Source of the DNA: a candidate division WOR-3 bacterium
Lineage (GTDB): Bacteria; Hydrothermota; UBA3072
DNA length: 64,000 bases
Assembly (NCBI GenBank): GCA_039804165.1
Contig: JBDRZZ010000001.1
Location: 28,962-92,961 of the forward strand
Direction of reading: 5' to 3'
Shown: one piece after another, positions 10,691 to 21,278 of the stretch
Numbering within the stretch: position 1 is the stretch's first letter
Layout of the letters: every line of letters starts with the position of its first letter
The notes under the pieces: model-generated
Databases searched by the model: none
Told to the model about the DNA's origin: nothing
What the model saw: only the letters and a program-made list of their open reading frames with translations
Position numbers and translations under genes: made by a program

Positions 10691-11415
10691 AGAGAGATTC
10701 TTTGGTTATTATTCCAACTTATAATGAAAAAGAAAATATTTCTTCAATTATAAAGGAAGTTTTGAGGCAAGGAAAGGAGTTTGAAGTTTTAGTTATAGAT
10801 GATGCGTCTCCAGATGGAACTTGGAAGATAGTGGAAGAAATTCAGAAAAAAGAAAAAGATAGGGTTCATTTAATCAAAAGGGAAGGGAAGATGGGATTAG
10901 GGAGTGCATACATTGCGGGTTTTAAGTGGGCTCTTGAGAGGGAATACAAGTTTGTTTTTGAAATGGATGCTGATTTTTCGCATGATCCTTCTAATCTTAA
11001 GATCTTTCGTGAGGTTCTTGAGAAGGAAGATGTGGATCTTGTTATTGGGTCAAGATATAAGGAAGGGGTAAATGTTATCAATTGGCCGATTTCAAGGCTA
11101 ATTTTGAGCTATTTCGCAAATCTTTTTGCGAAGAAAGTGACAGGAGTTCCTCTTTCAGATCTAACTAGTGGTTTTAAAGGAATGAAGAGAACTTTTCTTG
11201 AGACTCTTGATCTAAATAAGGTTAAAGCTGAAGGCTATGGATTTCAGATAGAGATACATTTTTATGGTTATTGGAAAGGATTTAAGATTAAGGAAATGCC
11301 GATTGTTTTTGTAGAGCGGAGAGTTGGGAATTCTAAGATGTCTAAAAAAATTATCTGGGAGGCTTTTTGGTTAGTTTGGAGATTGGGTTTTTTTAGACTT
11401 ATTAAGAAAATATGA
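10687..11415 (+). CDS. GT2 glycosyltransferase, polyprenyl-phosphate mannose/glucose synthase (DPM1-like).
   Basis: 'IIPTYNEKENI' and 'VIDDASPDGT' with DxD-type blocks. 242 aa. Confidence 0.75.
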   Translation: MKRDSLVIIPTYNEKENISSIIKEVLRQGKEFEVLVIDDASPDGTWKIVEEIQKKEKDRVHLIKREGKMGLGSAYIAGFKWALEREYKFVFEMDADFSHDPSNLKIFREVLEKEDVDLVIGSRYKEGVNVINWPISRLILSYFANLFAKKVTGVPLSDLTSGFKGMKRTFLETLDLNKVKAEGYGFQIEIHFYGYWKGFKIKEMPIVFVERRVGNSKMSKKIIWEAFWLVWRLGFFRLIKKI

Positions 11416-12278
11416 CCCTTACGATTGGGATTGTGAATTATAATACGAAAGATGAGTTAAAGAGCTGCATAGATTCAATTTTTAAAAATCCCCCAAATTG
11501 TAACTATCAAATTATTGTCGTTGATAATGACTCAAGAGATGGTAGCAAAGATTTTTTAAAAAATATTAAAAGAAAAAAAATAAAATATATTTTGAATGAA
11601 AAGAATGTAGGATTTGGTTCTGCCTGTAATCAAATAGCAAGGTTAAGTTCCTCTCCCTATATCTTGTTTTTAAATCCTGATGTTAAGATAACTAAAAATG
11701 CTATAGATAAACTGATTAAGTTTTTGAGGAAAAATAAGAAAGTAGGTTTAGTTACAGGAAAACTTATTTATCCTGATGGTTCTATTCAACTCTCCTGCAG
11801 AAAGTTTCCAACAATTTTAAATGTCCTTGGAGGAAGAGAGTCTCTATTGCGAAAGATTTTCCCGAATAATATTATATCAAGGAGATATTTAATGACGGAG
11901 CTTGATTATACCAAGATTCAATTTCCTGATTGTGTGAGAGGAGCTGTGATGCTCTTTAGAAGGGAAATTTTTGAAAAGTTTGGTGGTTTTGATGAGAAAT
12001 TTTTTCTCTATTTTGAGGACACTGATTTTTGCTTCCGGTTGAGAAAGAATGGGTTCGAAATAGCTTATTTACCAGAGGCTATTTTCTATCATAAATTAGG
12101 AGCAAGCACAGATAAAGAAAAATTGAAAGCAAAAATTGCTATTAATATTTCTATGTTTTATTATCTGCGGAAAAATATGGGTTATAATTTTCCTATCCTT
12201 TTCCTTCTATTCTTCTTTCTTTTAACAAGGCTTTTCTTTATTTTCTTTTTCTTCTCTTTAAAGGAGATGAAGGAGTGA
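11412..12278 (+). CDS. GT2 family glycosyltransferase.
   Basis: 'IGIVNYNTKDEL...VVDNDSRDGS' N-terminal GT-A fold motifs. Overlaps both neighbours. Confidence 0.7.
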   Translation: MTLTIGIVNYNTKDELKSCIDSIFKNPPNCNYQIIVVDNDSRDGSKDFLKNIKRKKIKYILNEKNVGFGSACNQIARLSSSPYILFLNPDVKITKNAIDKLIKFLRKNKKVGLVTGKLIYPDGSIQLSCRKFPTILNVLGGRESLLRKIFPNNIISRRYLMTELDYTKIQFPDCVRGAVMLFRREIFEKFGGFDEKFFLYFEDTDFCFRLRKNGFEIAYLPEAIFYHKLGASTDKEKLKAKIAINISMFYYLRKNMGYNFPILFLLFFFLLTRLFFIFFFFSLKEMKE

Positions 12279-13618
12279 TTCAAGAGAGAAAGCATTTTCT
12301 GAGATTCACGATAACCTTTTCTGATATAATAATCTTGATTGTTACTTACTGGATTGCAGTTTTCACAAGAGCTCTTTTCCCTACTTATGGAGAAATTCCA
12401 GAGTGGGAATGGTATTTAAATTATTATTTGAGAATTTTCCCAATATTTCTTTTGACATTTCCTCCAGCGATAGCTTTTAATAATTTAACTTTGGATAGAT
12501 TCCCTTTGGATAAGCATAATTTTTATTTAAAAACTATTTTTAGCTTTTTATTAACAATAGCTGTTTACATAGTTGTTCTTTATTATTTTAAATTGTTCAA
12601 TCAAAGTCGTATTGCTCTTTTGGTCTTTTGTGTTCTGGGGATAACTCTATTAATAATTAATAGAGAGTTAATCTCAAAAGGAAAGAGGAATTCAATAAGA
12701 GCTGTTGTTTTTGGGAAAGAAAAAGAAGCAAAAGAGATAGAAGAGTTATTTTCTCTTCATGATTTTTTTGGGATTAATATAATAAAAATATTTAGTAAAG
12801 TTCCGATTGATTTTTCAGAATTTTTACATAAAGAGGTAATTGAATGGGTGATAATTACTGAAGAAAAATATAAAAAATATATTCCTAAATTAGAAAACCT
12901 TGGCGTAACAGTTAGTTATTATTTAAAAGGAAGTTTTGGTAATCTTAGGAGTTTTGTTTCTGTTGAGAATTTATTTAGATCTCCTCTTATTACTTTTCAT
13001 CCTACTCCTACTTCTTATGCCCAACTTTTTATTAAATATCTACTTGATCGAATAGTCGCTTTTATTGCAATAATGGTCCTTTCTCCTTTATTTCTCGTGA
13101 TTGCGGTTTCGATAAAATTGACTTCAAAAGGTCCTGTAATTTATAAGCAGAAGAGAGTAGGACTAAAGGGCAAAATTTTTACAATGTTTAAGTTCAGGAC
13201 AATGTTTGAGAATGCTGATGAAATGAAGGGAAGTCTTGCTTATTTAAATAAAATGGATAAGGTTGTTTTTAAAATAAAAGATGATCCAAGAGTTACAAAG
13301 GTGGGTAGAGTTTTAAGACGTTTTAGCCTTGATGAGCTACCTCAGTTATTTAATGTGCTAAGGGGTGACTTGTCACTTGTAGGACCAAGACCTCCCATTC
13401 CGGAAGAAGTGAAAGAGTATGAAGATTGGCAGAGAAAAAGACTTGCGATAAAGCCAGGCTTAACATCTCTTTGGTTAATAAAGGGCCGTTCGGACTTATC
13501 TTTTGAAGAATGGATGAGGTTAGATTTAGAATATATAAATAATTGGTCCTTAAGTCTTGACTTTCTTATCCTTTTAAAAACAATTCCAGCGTTAATATCT
13601 GGGAGGGGAGCTTATTGA
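12275..13618 (+). CDS. Polyprenyl-phosphate sugar phosphotransferase (WbaP / bacterial sugar transferase family).
   Basis: Multi-TM N-terminus. The C-terminal block 'KFRTM...DELPQLFNVLRGDLSLVGPRP' is the bacterial sugar-transferase signature. Confidence 0.8.
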   Translation: MIQERKHFLRFTITFSDIIILIVTYWIAVFTRALFPTYGEIPEWEWYLNYYLRIFPIFLLTFPPAIAFNNLTLDRFPLDKHNFYLKTIFSFLLTIAVYIVVLYYFKLFNQSRIALLVFCVLGITLLIINRELISKGKRNSIRAVVFGKEKEAKEIEELFSLHDFFGINIIKIFSKVPIDFSEFLHKEVIEWVIITEEKYKKYIPKLENLGVTVSYYLKGSFGNLRSFVSVENLFRSPLITFHPTPTSYAQLFIKYLLDRIVAFIAIMVLSPLFLVIAVSIKLTSKGPVIYKQKRVGLKGKIFTMFKFRTMFENADEMKGSLAYLNKMDKVVFKIKDDPRVTKVGRVLRRFSLDELPQLFNVLRGDLSLVGPRPPIPEEVKEYEDWQRKRLAIKPGLTSLWLIKGRSDLSFEEWMRLDLEYINNWSLSLDFLILLKTIPALISGRGAY

Positions 13619-15669
13619 TTTTCTTTTTTTTGATCTTAGTTTTTTCTGGTGAAGAGGAAGAATTATATAAATTAAGAAAAGAGTATATTTTACCTCTTTC
13701 TGTGGAGCCTTCTTTTGTAGAAAAGGGAGAAGCTTATTTAAATCTTGCCGTAATTGATATAAAACTTAAAGATTTTGATAGAGCTTCTCGGGAGTTGAAA
13801 AAAGCTTCTTTTTATGGTAGAAAAAAGGAAGCAATTTATCTTGAGGGTGTTATTAATTACCTAAAGGGTGATATTGAGAAAGCAGTTTCAAATTTTAAGA
13901 AGATAGATGAGTGGGAATACATATTTTTTTTAGAAAATTTGTATACTCTTTCTCTTGGAAATCCAATTGAAAAAGAAATTATAAATAAGTTTCCTGATTC
14001 TCTTGGTTTTTATTTTGTCTTTTATGAAGAGGATTCTTTAAAAATTTTGGATTGGCTTGGAAAGGCTTCTATACCTTTATGGCAGAATTTTCTTGGTAGA
14101 GGATATCTTTGTTATGAGGGAGGAAAATATAGAAGAGCTTTAAACTATTTTAGAGAGTCTTATAAAATAAAAGAAACACAACTTACAGGAGTATATATTA
14201 TAGCTACTTTATTTCAACTTTCTGAATTTGATAGTCTTATTTCTTTTCAGGAAAGGGCTTCTATAAATACCCCTCTTACTAATTATCTAAAAGGAGAGGC
14301 TTATTATAAGAAAGGAAAAATGGAGAAAGCCTTAGAAATTTTTCTTTCTGACAGCTTTCCTTTTTATGAAACTCATAAGCTTTTTGGAGCAGGTTGGTGT
14401 ATGTATCAACTTGGAGAGTATTCTCAAAGTGTTTCATTATTTAAAAAATTCCTTGATATCTATAAAGAGGGAGAACTTAAACAATATGCTTTGTATCGGA
14501 TAGGAAGAGCTCTATTAAAACAAGGGAAAGTTGAAAGTATTGACTACTTTAAGGAAATAGTAGAAAAATATCCTTCTTCTCCTCTTAGAGATGATGCTTA
14601 TTTATTACTCGGCAAAATTAATTTTCTTCTTAATAAAGAAGACGAAGCAATTAGATGGTTTGAGTTACTTTTAAAAGAATATCCTTCTTCTTCGTGGTTA
14701 CCAATCGCTTATAAATATCTTGGAGAAATTTTTTTAAATAAGGAAGAATTTGGCAAAGCTTATAGATGTTATAAAGAGATATTGTCGCTAAAAGGAATTT
14801 CTCTGGATTTGTTGGATGAGGCACAATATAAGATTTTGGAAATAAGATGGAGAAGAGGAGAATTCCCTACAAAAATACATATGTATAAGGTTTTTGTGGA
14901 AAAATATCCTAAAAGTCCTAGAACACCTTCTCTTCTTCTTAAAATAGCAGAGTATTATGAGGTAGCGAAGAGATACGATCTGGCAATTCAATTTAATAAA
15001 AAAGTGCTTTTTGATTATCCGGGATCCCTTGAGGCTAAAGAAGCTTTGTTTAATGCTGTGAGAGTTTATGAAGAGATGGGTGAATTCCCTAAGGCTATAG
15101 AGCTTCTTGAGAACAATATAGAAGGAGAACCTGATTTGAAAGAAAAGATTTACTTGAAGCTCGGGGAGAATTTTGCAAAAATGAGGGATTTTAAAAAAGC
15201 GATTGAATATTATAAGAAGGTTTCTACAGATAGCCTTAAACCATATTCTTTATATCAAATCGCCTTGCTTTATCAAGAATTAGGTTTTTTAGAAGAGGCT
15301 CGAATTCCTCTTAGGAATATTATAGAGAAATTTCCGGATTCGGATTATATAGGGAAAACTTATCTTCTTCTTGCAAAAACATATTTCCAGGAAGGTGCTT
15401 TGAAAACTGCAATTGAGATTCTAAATAAAGGATTGAAAAATTTGGGAGATAAAGAAACGGGAGAGCTTCTTTCCTTTAAAGCCACTATATATTGCGAATT
15501 AAACGATGAAGAAGCTCTTGAATTGTATTTAGAAAGTGCTAATAAGATTACAGATAGGAAAAGTAAGATTGAGGTTTTAGAAAAAGGGAGAGAATGTGCA
15601 ATAAGACTTAATAAGACTGATAAAGTGGAACTGTTTGAGAATTTGATAAAAGATTTAAAATCTCAGTGA
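13615..15669 (+). CDS. TPR-repeat protein.
   Basis: 684 aa of repeated about 34-aa helical units (A/Y/L-rich). N-terminal hydrophobic segment. Confidence 0.65.
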   Translation: MIFFFLILVFSGEEEELYKLRKEYILPLSVEPSFVEKGEAYLNLAVIDIKLKDFDRASRELKKASFYGRKKEAIYLEGVINYLKGDIEKAVSNFKKIDEWEYIFFLENLYTLSLGNPIEKEIINKFPDSLGFYFVFYEEDSLKILDWLGKASIPLWQNFLGRGYLCYEGGKYRRALNYFRESYKIKETQLTGVYIIATLFQLSEFDSLISFQERASINTPLTNYLKGEAYYKKGKMEKALEIFLSDSFPFYETHKLFGAGWCMYQLGEYSQSVSLFKKFLDIYKEGELKQYALYRIGRALLKQGKVESIDYFKEIVEKYPSSPLRDDAYLLLGKINFLLNKEDEAIRWFELLLKEYPSSSWLPIAYKYLGEIFLNKEEFGKAYRCYKEILSLKGISLDLLDEAQYKILEIRWRRGEFPTKIHMYKVFVEKYPKSPRTPSLLLKIAEYYEVAKRYDLAIQFNKKVLFDYPGSLEAKEALFNAVRVYEEMGEFPKAIELLENNIEGEPDLKEKIYLKLGENFAKMRDFKKAIEYYKKVSTDSLKPYSLYQIALLYQELGFLEEARIPLRNIIEKFPDSDYIGKTYLLLAKTYFQEGALKTAIEILNKGLKNLGDKETGELLSFKATIYCELNDEEALELYLESANKITDRKSKIEVLEKGRECAIRLNKTDKVELFENLIKDLKSQ

Positions 15670-17912
15670 ATTAAAATAAATTTCTGAGAATGCAGAGTTG
15701 TGTTATTTGTTTTTGTTATTAAAAAGTAAACGCCAGAGGGAAGGTTATTTAAGTTTATTTTTGTGGTCTTTGACTCTCCAGAACCATCAAATTCTACTTT
15801 ATGAATAACATTTCTTCCGGTAATATCGTAAATTAAAAAGTCTATCTCCCTCCAGGGCTGAATTCTATATTCTATTTCTAAAATTCCATTTGTGATGGAA
15901 GAGGTAATTTTGGAGGAGAAAATTGGAGTGGAGCCCCAAACTGAATCTAAGTATGGTTTATAATTAAAGTGAGTAATTGTTAAATAAAATTTTTCTGTAA
16001 ATGAAATGCTATCTTTTTGAGAGAATGTAATAATAGCTTTACCTGTTGAATCTGTATAGGTTGATTTTATTAGGTTATCTCTTTTTCTATATAAAGAGAC
16101 CAAAGCTCCTCTAACTGGATTTAATGAGTTTTCTTCATAAACTTTTATATCATGATCTGGAAGACCAAGGTAGATTGTATCTGGAAAGGTTACTTTGAAT
16201 TTCTTTGGAGTATCCGTTCTAAGTTGAAGAGAAGGATCTCCAAAAATGTGCCATGTTTCTGCAATTTCTCCTCCAATGGAATCACCACATTGTTCTATCA
16301 TATAGCATAGACCGTTAAAATAAACTCCTCCTGCTGTATTTGCTTTATAATGAGCAAGGAGATTAATAGCTCCTTCTTGTCCAATGCAAGGTGGAATCCA
16401 TGATTGCTCTATTGTGGGGGCTAAAATAACAATAAAGCCTGTAGGATTTTCTATAGTTCCACTGGTTAGGGCTGCTTCAGAGAAGCAGGTTTTCCCATTG
16501 AAATCTCCTGTATAACAGGCTACAGAAATCACATGTGGAAGTTTCCAATAATTTCTAAGAGAATTTATATTACTGATAGAAAACCCTCCTCCACTTGCCC
16601 AGCCATTAACTGAACCGTGTCCAATGTAATTTATTATTGATACACCAGAATTTATAACACTTGCAATCTTGGAGCTTGTCCCCCAAGGATCGTAACTTGA
16701 GTCAATAGATGTGTAAGTAAAATAAGGAGGGATGTTATAAAGTAAGGTATCTTTTAACCAATTACATCTTTTTTTATCCAATATGGAGTCAACAGGATCG
16801 TAATCATTACTCGCAATTCCTAATCCTTTATGATACCAATCTGCTCCTTCCTCAGGGTTTCTTTCATATTTAATACTCCGCATTACCTGTTTCCTTATAT
16901 TTAGGTTTGATCCTCCATTTGAAGAGAATCTTCCTACAAAAAACTCAGGATAGTAGTCATTTCCTTTAACATAAGCATAAGTTGGATCTGCATCTTTATT
17001 TTCGGAAAGACCAATCGTTCCTTTTGGAGGAGGAAGTTCGTCTCCATCTCCAACAAGAAGGCAAAAAGTGATCCCTAAGCTATCATATTGTTTTTTAATG
17101 AAATTTTTTATTGAAGAGACATCATTCCCAATCTCTTCTAAGAGATAAACTTCTGTGGGTATACCTTTTCTTCTTTTCCAAGTAACAAAAGAATCAAGCT
17201 CAGATAGATATTTTTGTGGGGTAAGGATAATCATTCTGCCAGGAGCTTCTTCAATAATTTTGTATCTCAATTTTTTCTCACTGAAATTTATAAAGAAATT
17301 TTTATATATATTTTCCATCGTTTTTAAGAATATTTTCTCTTCTGAAAATCTTGAAACTTCTATCTCACCCTCAAAATATAGCTCTATAGTTATTTTTTTA
17401 AGAGCGAGAATTTCTTCTTTTTCTCTATTGTACCGGATTGGATTAATGTAAACCGTTATTCCTTTGAAATCTCTCATAAAGAAAGGTTTTGAAAGATATA
17501 CCCAAGAAGATGGGAAAGTATCTTTTGAGGAATAAAAATCACTGAAATAATATGGGATTGAGGAAGGGGAAATACTTCGATATATATTTCCTTTAGAAGG
17601 AATAATTGGAGGTGCTTTAATATTAATGAAGTCCTTATCAATAATCCTAAAATTTATCTCTTTTTTATCAGTAGGAACTATAAAACTTTTAGCAATTCTT
17701 GGAGTTGAAGGATATCCTTTTTGTAAATAATTGAAAGCCCCAGGCATTATAATTTTACTATAAGATTTTCCATTTATTACAATTGTATCTAAAAAAAATC
17801 CTGAAAAAGAAACTTCAACTTTTATCCTTTCAGAATTATCTTCAATTATAGAATGCTGAAATTCTCCGTTTAGAGTTAACCATTTTCCTATTAGAAGAAT
17901 TATTAAAACCAC
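15663..17912 (-). CDS. Peptidase C25 (gingipain-like) with a T9SS C-terminal sorting domain.
   Basis: Catalytic His context 'NYIGHGSVNGWASGG' and Cys context 'VISVACYTGDF'. N-terminal signal peptide. The C-terminal about 80 aa beta-sandwich ('GVYFLITKTNNTTLHSQKFILIH') is typical of T9SS CTDs. Confidence 0.7.
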   Translation of the reverse strand: MVLIILLIGKWLTLNGEFQHSIIEDNSERIKVEVSFSGFFLDTIVINGKSYSKIIMPGAFNYLQKGYPSTPRIAKSFIVPTDKKEINFRIIDKDFINIKAPPIIPSKGNIYRSISPSSIPYYFSDFYSSKDTFPSSWVYLSKPFFMRDFKGITVYINPIRYNREKEEILALKKITIELYFEGEIEVSRFSEEKIFLKTMENIYKNFFINFSEKKLRYKIIEEAPGRMIILTPQKYLSELDSFVTWKRRKGIPTEVYLLEEIGNDVSSIKNFIKKQYDSLGITFCLLVGDGDELPPPKGTIGLSENKDADPTYAYVKGNDYYPEFFVGRFSSNGGSNLNIRKQVMRSIKYERNPEEGADWYHKGLGIASNDYDPVDSILDKKRCNWLKDTLLYNIPPYFTYTSIDSSYDPWGTSSKIASVINSGVSIINYIGHGSVNGWASGGGFSISNINSLRNYWKLPHVISVACYTGDFNGKTCFSEAALTSGTIENPTGFIVILAPTIEQSWIPPCIGQEGAINLLAHYKANTAGGVYFNGLCYMIEQCGDSIGGEIAETWHIFGDPSLQLRTDTPKKFKVTFPDTIYLGLPDHDIKVYEENSLNPVRGALVSLYRKRDNLIKSTYTDSTGKAIITFSQKDSISFTEKFYLTITHFNYKPYLDSVWGSTPIFSSKITSSITNGILEIEYRIQPWREIDFLIYDITGRNVIHKVEFDGSGESKTTKINLNNLPSGVYFLITKTNNTTLHSQKFILIH

Positions 17913-17913
17913 T

Positions 17914-19473
17914 TTAAAGCTCCTCGGCCCACATATGGAAAAATGTTTTTAGTTTTTTTCTGTTTGGTCCCATTCTTAATTTGCGAAGAGCGTTTTCTTC
18001 TATTTGTCTTACTCTTTCTCTTGAAATATTAAACATTGAAGCGATTCTTTCAAGGGTTTTGCTTTCCCCATCTAAAAGACCATATCTTAGTTCTAAGACT
18101 TTTCTTTCACGAGGAGAGAGGATTTTTAGCTCTTCAAGAAGATTTTCGCTTAATAACTTTAATAGTGCTTTCTTCTCTGGAGAAGGGACACTTTCTTCTG
18201 AAATTGTGTCTCCAAATAGGAGTTTTCCATCTTCCATAATGGGGTCATCTAAAGATTTCGTTGCCCCTTTTAAGTTTTCTGCGAATTTTATCTTTTCTCC
18301 TGAGACTCCAATATCTTCCGATATTTCTTCTATGGAAGGGAGAATGCCACTCTTTTTTAAAAATTTCTTTTTTGAATTCTTTATTTTGTTAAGAAGAGTC
18401 AATGCGTGGATAGGTAGGGAAAAAGATTCAAGTTGCTCCGCAATAGTTTTTATTATAGATTGTCGGATCCACCAAATACAGTAGGTTGAGAATTTATAAC
18501 CTTTCTTATAATCAAATCTATCTGCCGCTTTTACAAGACCTGTATTTGCAGCCTGGATAAGATCCATAAAACTAAGACTCAATCTTTTATATTTTTTCGC
18601 TATTGAAAAAGCTAACCGAAGATTTCCTTCAATCAATCTTTTCTTTATATAAGAGAAGAAATTTTCCCACTTCTCAATATTTTTTCTTGTATTGGAAACT
18701 TCTTCCCAACTCGCAAGGATTTCAAATTGAAATTTCTCCAATTCATTTTTTAACTCTTCTTTTTTATGGATTATTTTTTCTCTCTCTTCCTGAGATAGTT
18801 CTATTTTTAGGTCTTCTTCTATTTTTTTGTTTTGTAGGATTAGATTTTCAAACTTATTGTATATTTCTTTTTCTAAATTTATAAATTTTTTTAAATAAAC
18901 TGGTTGGATTCTGATTTTTAGGATTTGTTTTATTATTGCATCCTCATATCTTTTATATTTAAATTTGTAAATATTTTTTTGAGTTCTTAGATAAGCTTCT
19001 TTATATTTTTCCAGTTTTATTTTATATCTTCCAATATTCTTCATTAATCTCAATAAATTTTTTCTTTCTTTATCTAATTTGTGTTTTTTAATTCTATTTT
19101 TATCTAAATATAAAAACTGTTTAATAAAAGATGGCTTTCTTTTAATTTTTTTCTCAAAAGACAAAAATTCATTTATTACAGGGATAACCCTACTCAAATG
19201 TTGAGTGAGCATTACACAAGCTTTTTCTAATTTTTCTTTCAGTTCAAGTTCTTCTTCCTCTGTAAGAAGGGAAAGTTTTTCTATCTCTTTTAGATAAAGC
19301 TTAAAAGGTTCACTATCACTTGTTAAGGAAGCCTTTTTTTCTTTCTTTGAGGTAAAGGTTTCTTCGTTTGGTTCATCTTCAAATGTTTCTATTCTTTCTA
19401 TTAATTCATTCAAAGGAATCTCTTCTTCCATTAGATTTAAAAATTTTGATAAGATTATTTCTTTCTCTCTCAA
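17914..19473 (-). CDS. rpoD: RNA polymerase sigma-70 factor.
   Basis: Region 2 'LIQAANTGLVKAADRFDYKKGYKFSTYCIWWIRQSI' and region 4 HTH are present. It lies downstream of dnaG. Confidence 0.85.
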   Translation of the reverse strand: MREKEIILSKFLNLMEEEIPLNELIERIETFEDEPNEETFTSKKEKKASLTSDSEPFKLYLKEIEKLSLLTEEEELELKEKLEKACVMLTQHLSRVIPVINEFLSFEKKIKRKPSFIKQFLYLDKNRIKKHKLDKERKNLLRLMKNIGRYKIKLEKYKEAYLRTQKNIYKFKYKRYEDAIIKQILKIRIQPVYLKKFINLEKEIYNKFENLILQNKKIEEDLKIELSQEEREKIIHKKEELKNELEKFQFEILASWEEVSNTRKNIEKWENFFSYIKKRLIEGNLRLAFSIAKKYKRLSLSFMDLIQAANTGLVKAADRFDYKKGYKFSTYCIWWIRQSIIKTIAEQLESFSLPIHALTLLNKIKNSKKKFLKKSGILPSIEEISEDIGVSGEKIKFAENLKGATKSLDDPIMEDGKLLFGDTISEESVPSPEKKALLKLLSENLLEELKILSPRERKVLELRYGLLDGESKTLERIASMFNISRERVRQIEENALRKLRMGPNRKKLKTFFHMWAEEL

Positions 19474-19474
19474 T

Positions 19475-21190
19475 TTACCCCTCCTTTTTAATAGCTTCTC
19501 TTTCCTCTGTAAGTTTAGCTATTTCTTCACATAATAATGTTTCTTTTTCGTCTCCTTCTTTAAGCTTCTGGAGTTCTAATAATTTTTGTTCTATTAATTC
19601 CTCTAAATGATATTTTTTTAACCCCAAAGCCTGAGAAATTGGAGAAGGAGAAGGGAATTCGCTTTTTTTTATAAGGTAATCTATAAAAGGCTGGGGCAAT
19701 GATTCTATTGTATCTTTTATCTTTACTTCTATCCCTTCTTTTATTAACCTAAAGTATTTCTTTAAATGGGGATTTTTGATGTATTCTTCATCTATTATAG
19801 AAAGAACTTTATCTTTCTCTTTTGGATTCTCTAAAAGTGAATAAATAAGTAATAGTTCAAGTTCTTCTCTTTCACTAATATTAATTTTTTTAATTGAAGT
19901 GGATTTTCTACTTACTTCCTTATTTATACCAAACATTTCTTTACTTATTGCAAGTTTCTTTGATAAAAAATCTTTATATATTTCCTGTTTTGTTCTATCT
20001 CTTATAGATTGAAGAAAATTATTAATTTCTTCAATGGCTTTTGAGAGTTCAAAGGGAGAAGTTAATTGATATTTGGTTCGCACCTTTTCCAGAAGCCATT
20101 CTATAAAATCGGTTGATTCTTTTATTGCTTTTTCGAAAGCTTCTTTGCCTTCTTTTACTATTAATTCTGCAGGATCTTTTTTCTCGATTTTACCTATTCT
20201 TACATTGCATCCTTCTCCTAAAAGCATCCCAAGAGACCTAAGTGTAGCTGCTTCACCTGCTATATCTTCATCGAAAAAAAGGAAGATCTCTTTAGCATAT
20301 CTTGAAAGTAATTCTGCTTGATCCATTGTTAAAGATGTTCCTAAGCAGGCAACAGTATTTTTAAATCCTGATTGATAAAGAGAAAGAAAATCAAAATATC
20401 CTTCGACAAGAATAACCTTTTCTAATTTTCTTATTTCCTCTTTTGTGTGCCACAAACTATAAAGATTTTTACCTTTTTTATGAATTGGTGTGTCTGGAGA
20501 ATTAAGATACTTAGGACCGTTTTTGCTTAACCTTCTACCTCCAAATCCAATAATTCTACCGGAGGAAGAGAAAATAGGGAATAGGAGTCTTAGAAAGAAT
20601 GTGTCTTTGATTTCTTCTAAGCTTTTTTTTATAAGCCCACTCTTTAATAGATCTTGAATTTTGAATTCTTTTTTTGCATTAGATAGAAAGAAATTACCTG
20701 GTGGGGCAAAACCTAATTTGAATTCTTCTATTATGTCTTCTTTTATTCCTCTTTTTTTTAAGTATTCAAGAACAGGTTTGGATTTTAAAAGTTCTTTATG
20801 GTAAAGATTCGCTGCAAACTCGTGGATTGAATATAGGATTTCATTCTCTCCTTCAAATTTCTCAATCTTAATTCCAGTTTTCTCCCCTAAAATTTTTAAT
20901 GCTTCTACAAAAGGAACTTTTTCAAATTCCATTATAAATGAGATTACATCTCCGCTTTTTCCACATCCAAAACAGTGAAATACGTTTAGGTGAGGAGAAA
21001 CATAAAAAGAAGGGGTATCGTCTTTATGGAAAGGGCAATTGGTCACATAATTTTTGCCTACTTTTTTTAAAGTTAGATAGTCTCCAATAAGGTCCACAAT
21101 TTCTATACTTTCTTTTATTCTGGTTACAACTTCATTAGAAAAGGACATAATGATAAATTTTATCTTTTTTGATGACTTCCGCAAGCCCAT
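19475..21190 (-). CDS. dnaG: DNA primase.
   Basis: Zn-ribbon 'CPFHKDDTPSFYV...FHCFGCGKSGD' and TOPRIM 'VILVEGYFDFLSL'. Confidence 0.85.
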   Translation of the reverse strand: MGLRKSSKKIKFIIMSFSNEVVTRIKESIEIVDLIGDYLTLKKVGKNYVTNCPFHKDDTPSFYVSPHLNVFHCFGCGKSGDVISFIMEFEKVPFVEALKILGEKTGIKIEKFEGENEILYSIHEFAANLYHKELLKSKPVLEYLKKRGIKEDIIEEFKLGFAPPGNFFLSNAKKEFKIQDLLKSGLIKKSLEEIKDTFFLRLLFPIFSSSGRIIGFGGRRLSKNGPKYLNSPDTPIHKKGKNLYSLWHTKEEIRKLEKVILVEGYFDFLSLYQSGFKNTVACLGTSLTMDQAELLSRYAKEIFLFFDEDIAGEAATLRSLGMLLGEGCNVRIGKIEKKDPAELIVKEGKEAFEKAIKESTDFIEWLLEKVRTKYQLTSPFELSKAIEEINNFLQSIRDRTKQEIYKDFLSKKLAISKEMFGINKEVSRKSTSIKKINISEREELELLLIYSLLENPKEKDKVLSIIDEEYIKNPHLKKYFRLIKEGIEVKIKDTIESLPQPFIDYLIKKSEFPSPSPISQALGLKKYHLEELIEQKLLELQKLKEGDEKETLLCEEIAKLTEEREAIKKEG

Positions 21191-21278
21191 TTTTATGAAA
21201 TTAATAGATTTTCATTTAATCAGATAATGAATAATTCCCTTGACTTACAAACGATAATTATTAAATTCAGAAAAACTT

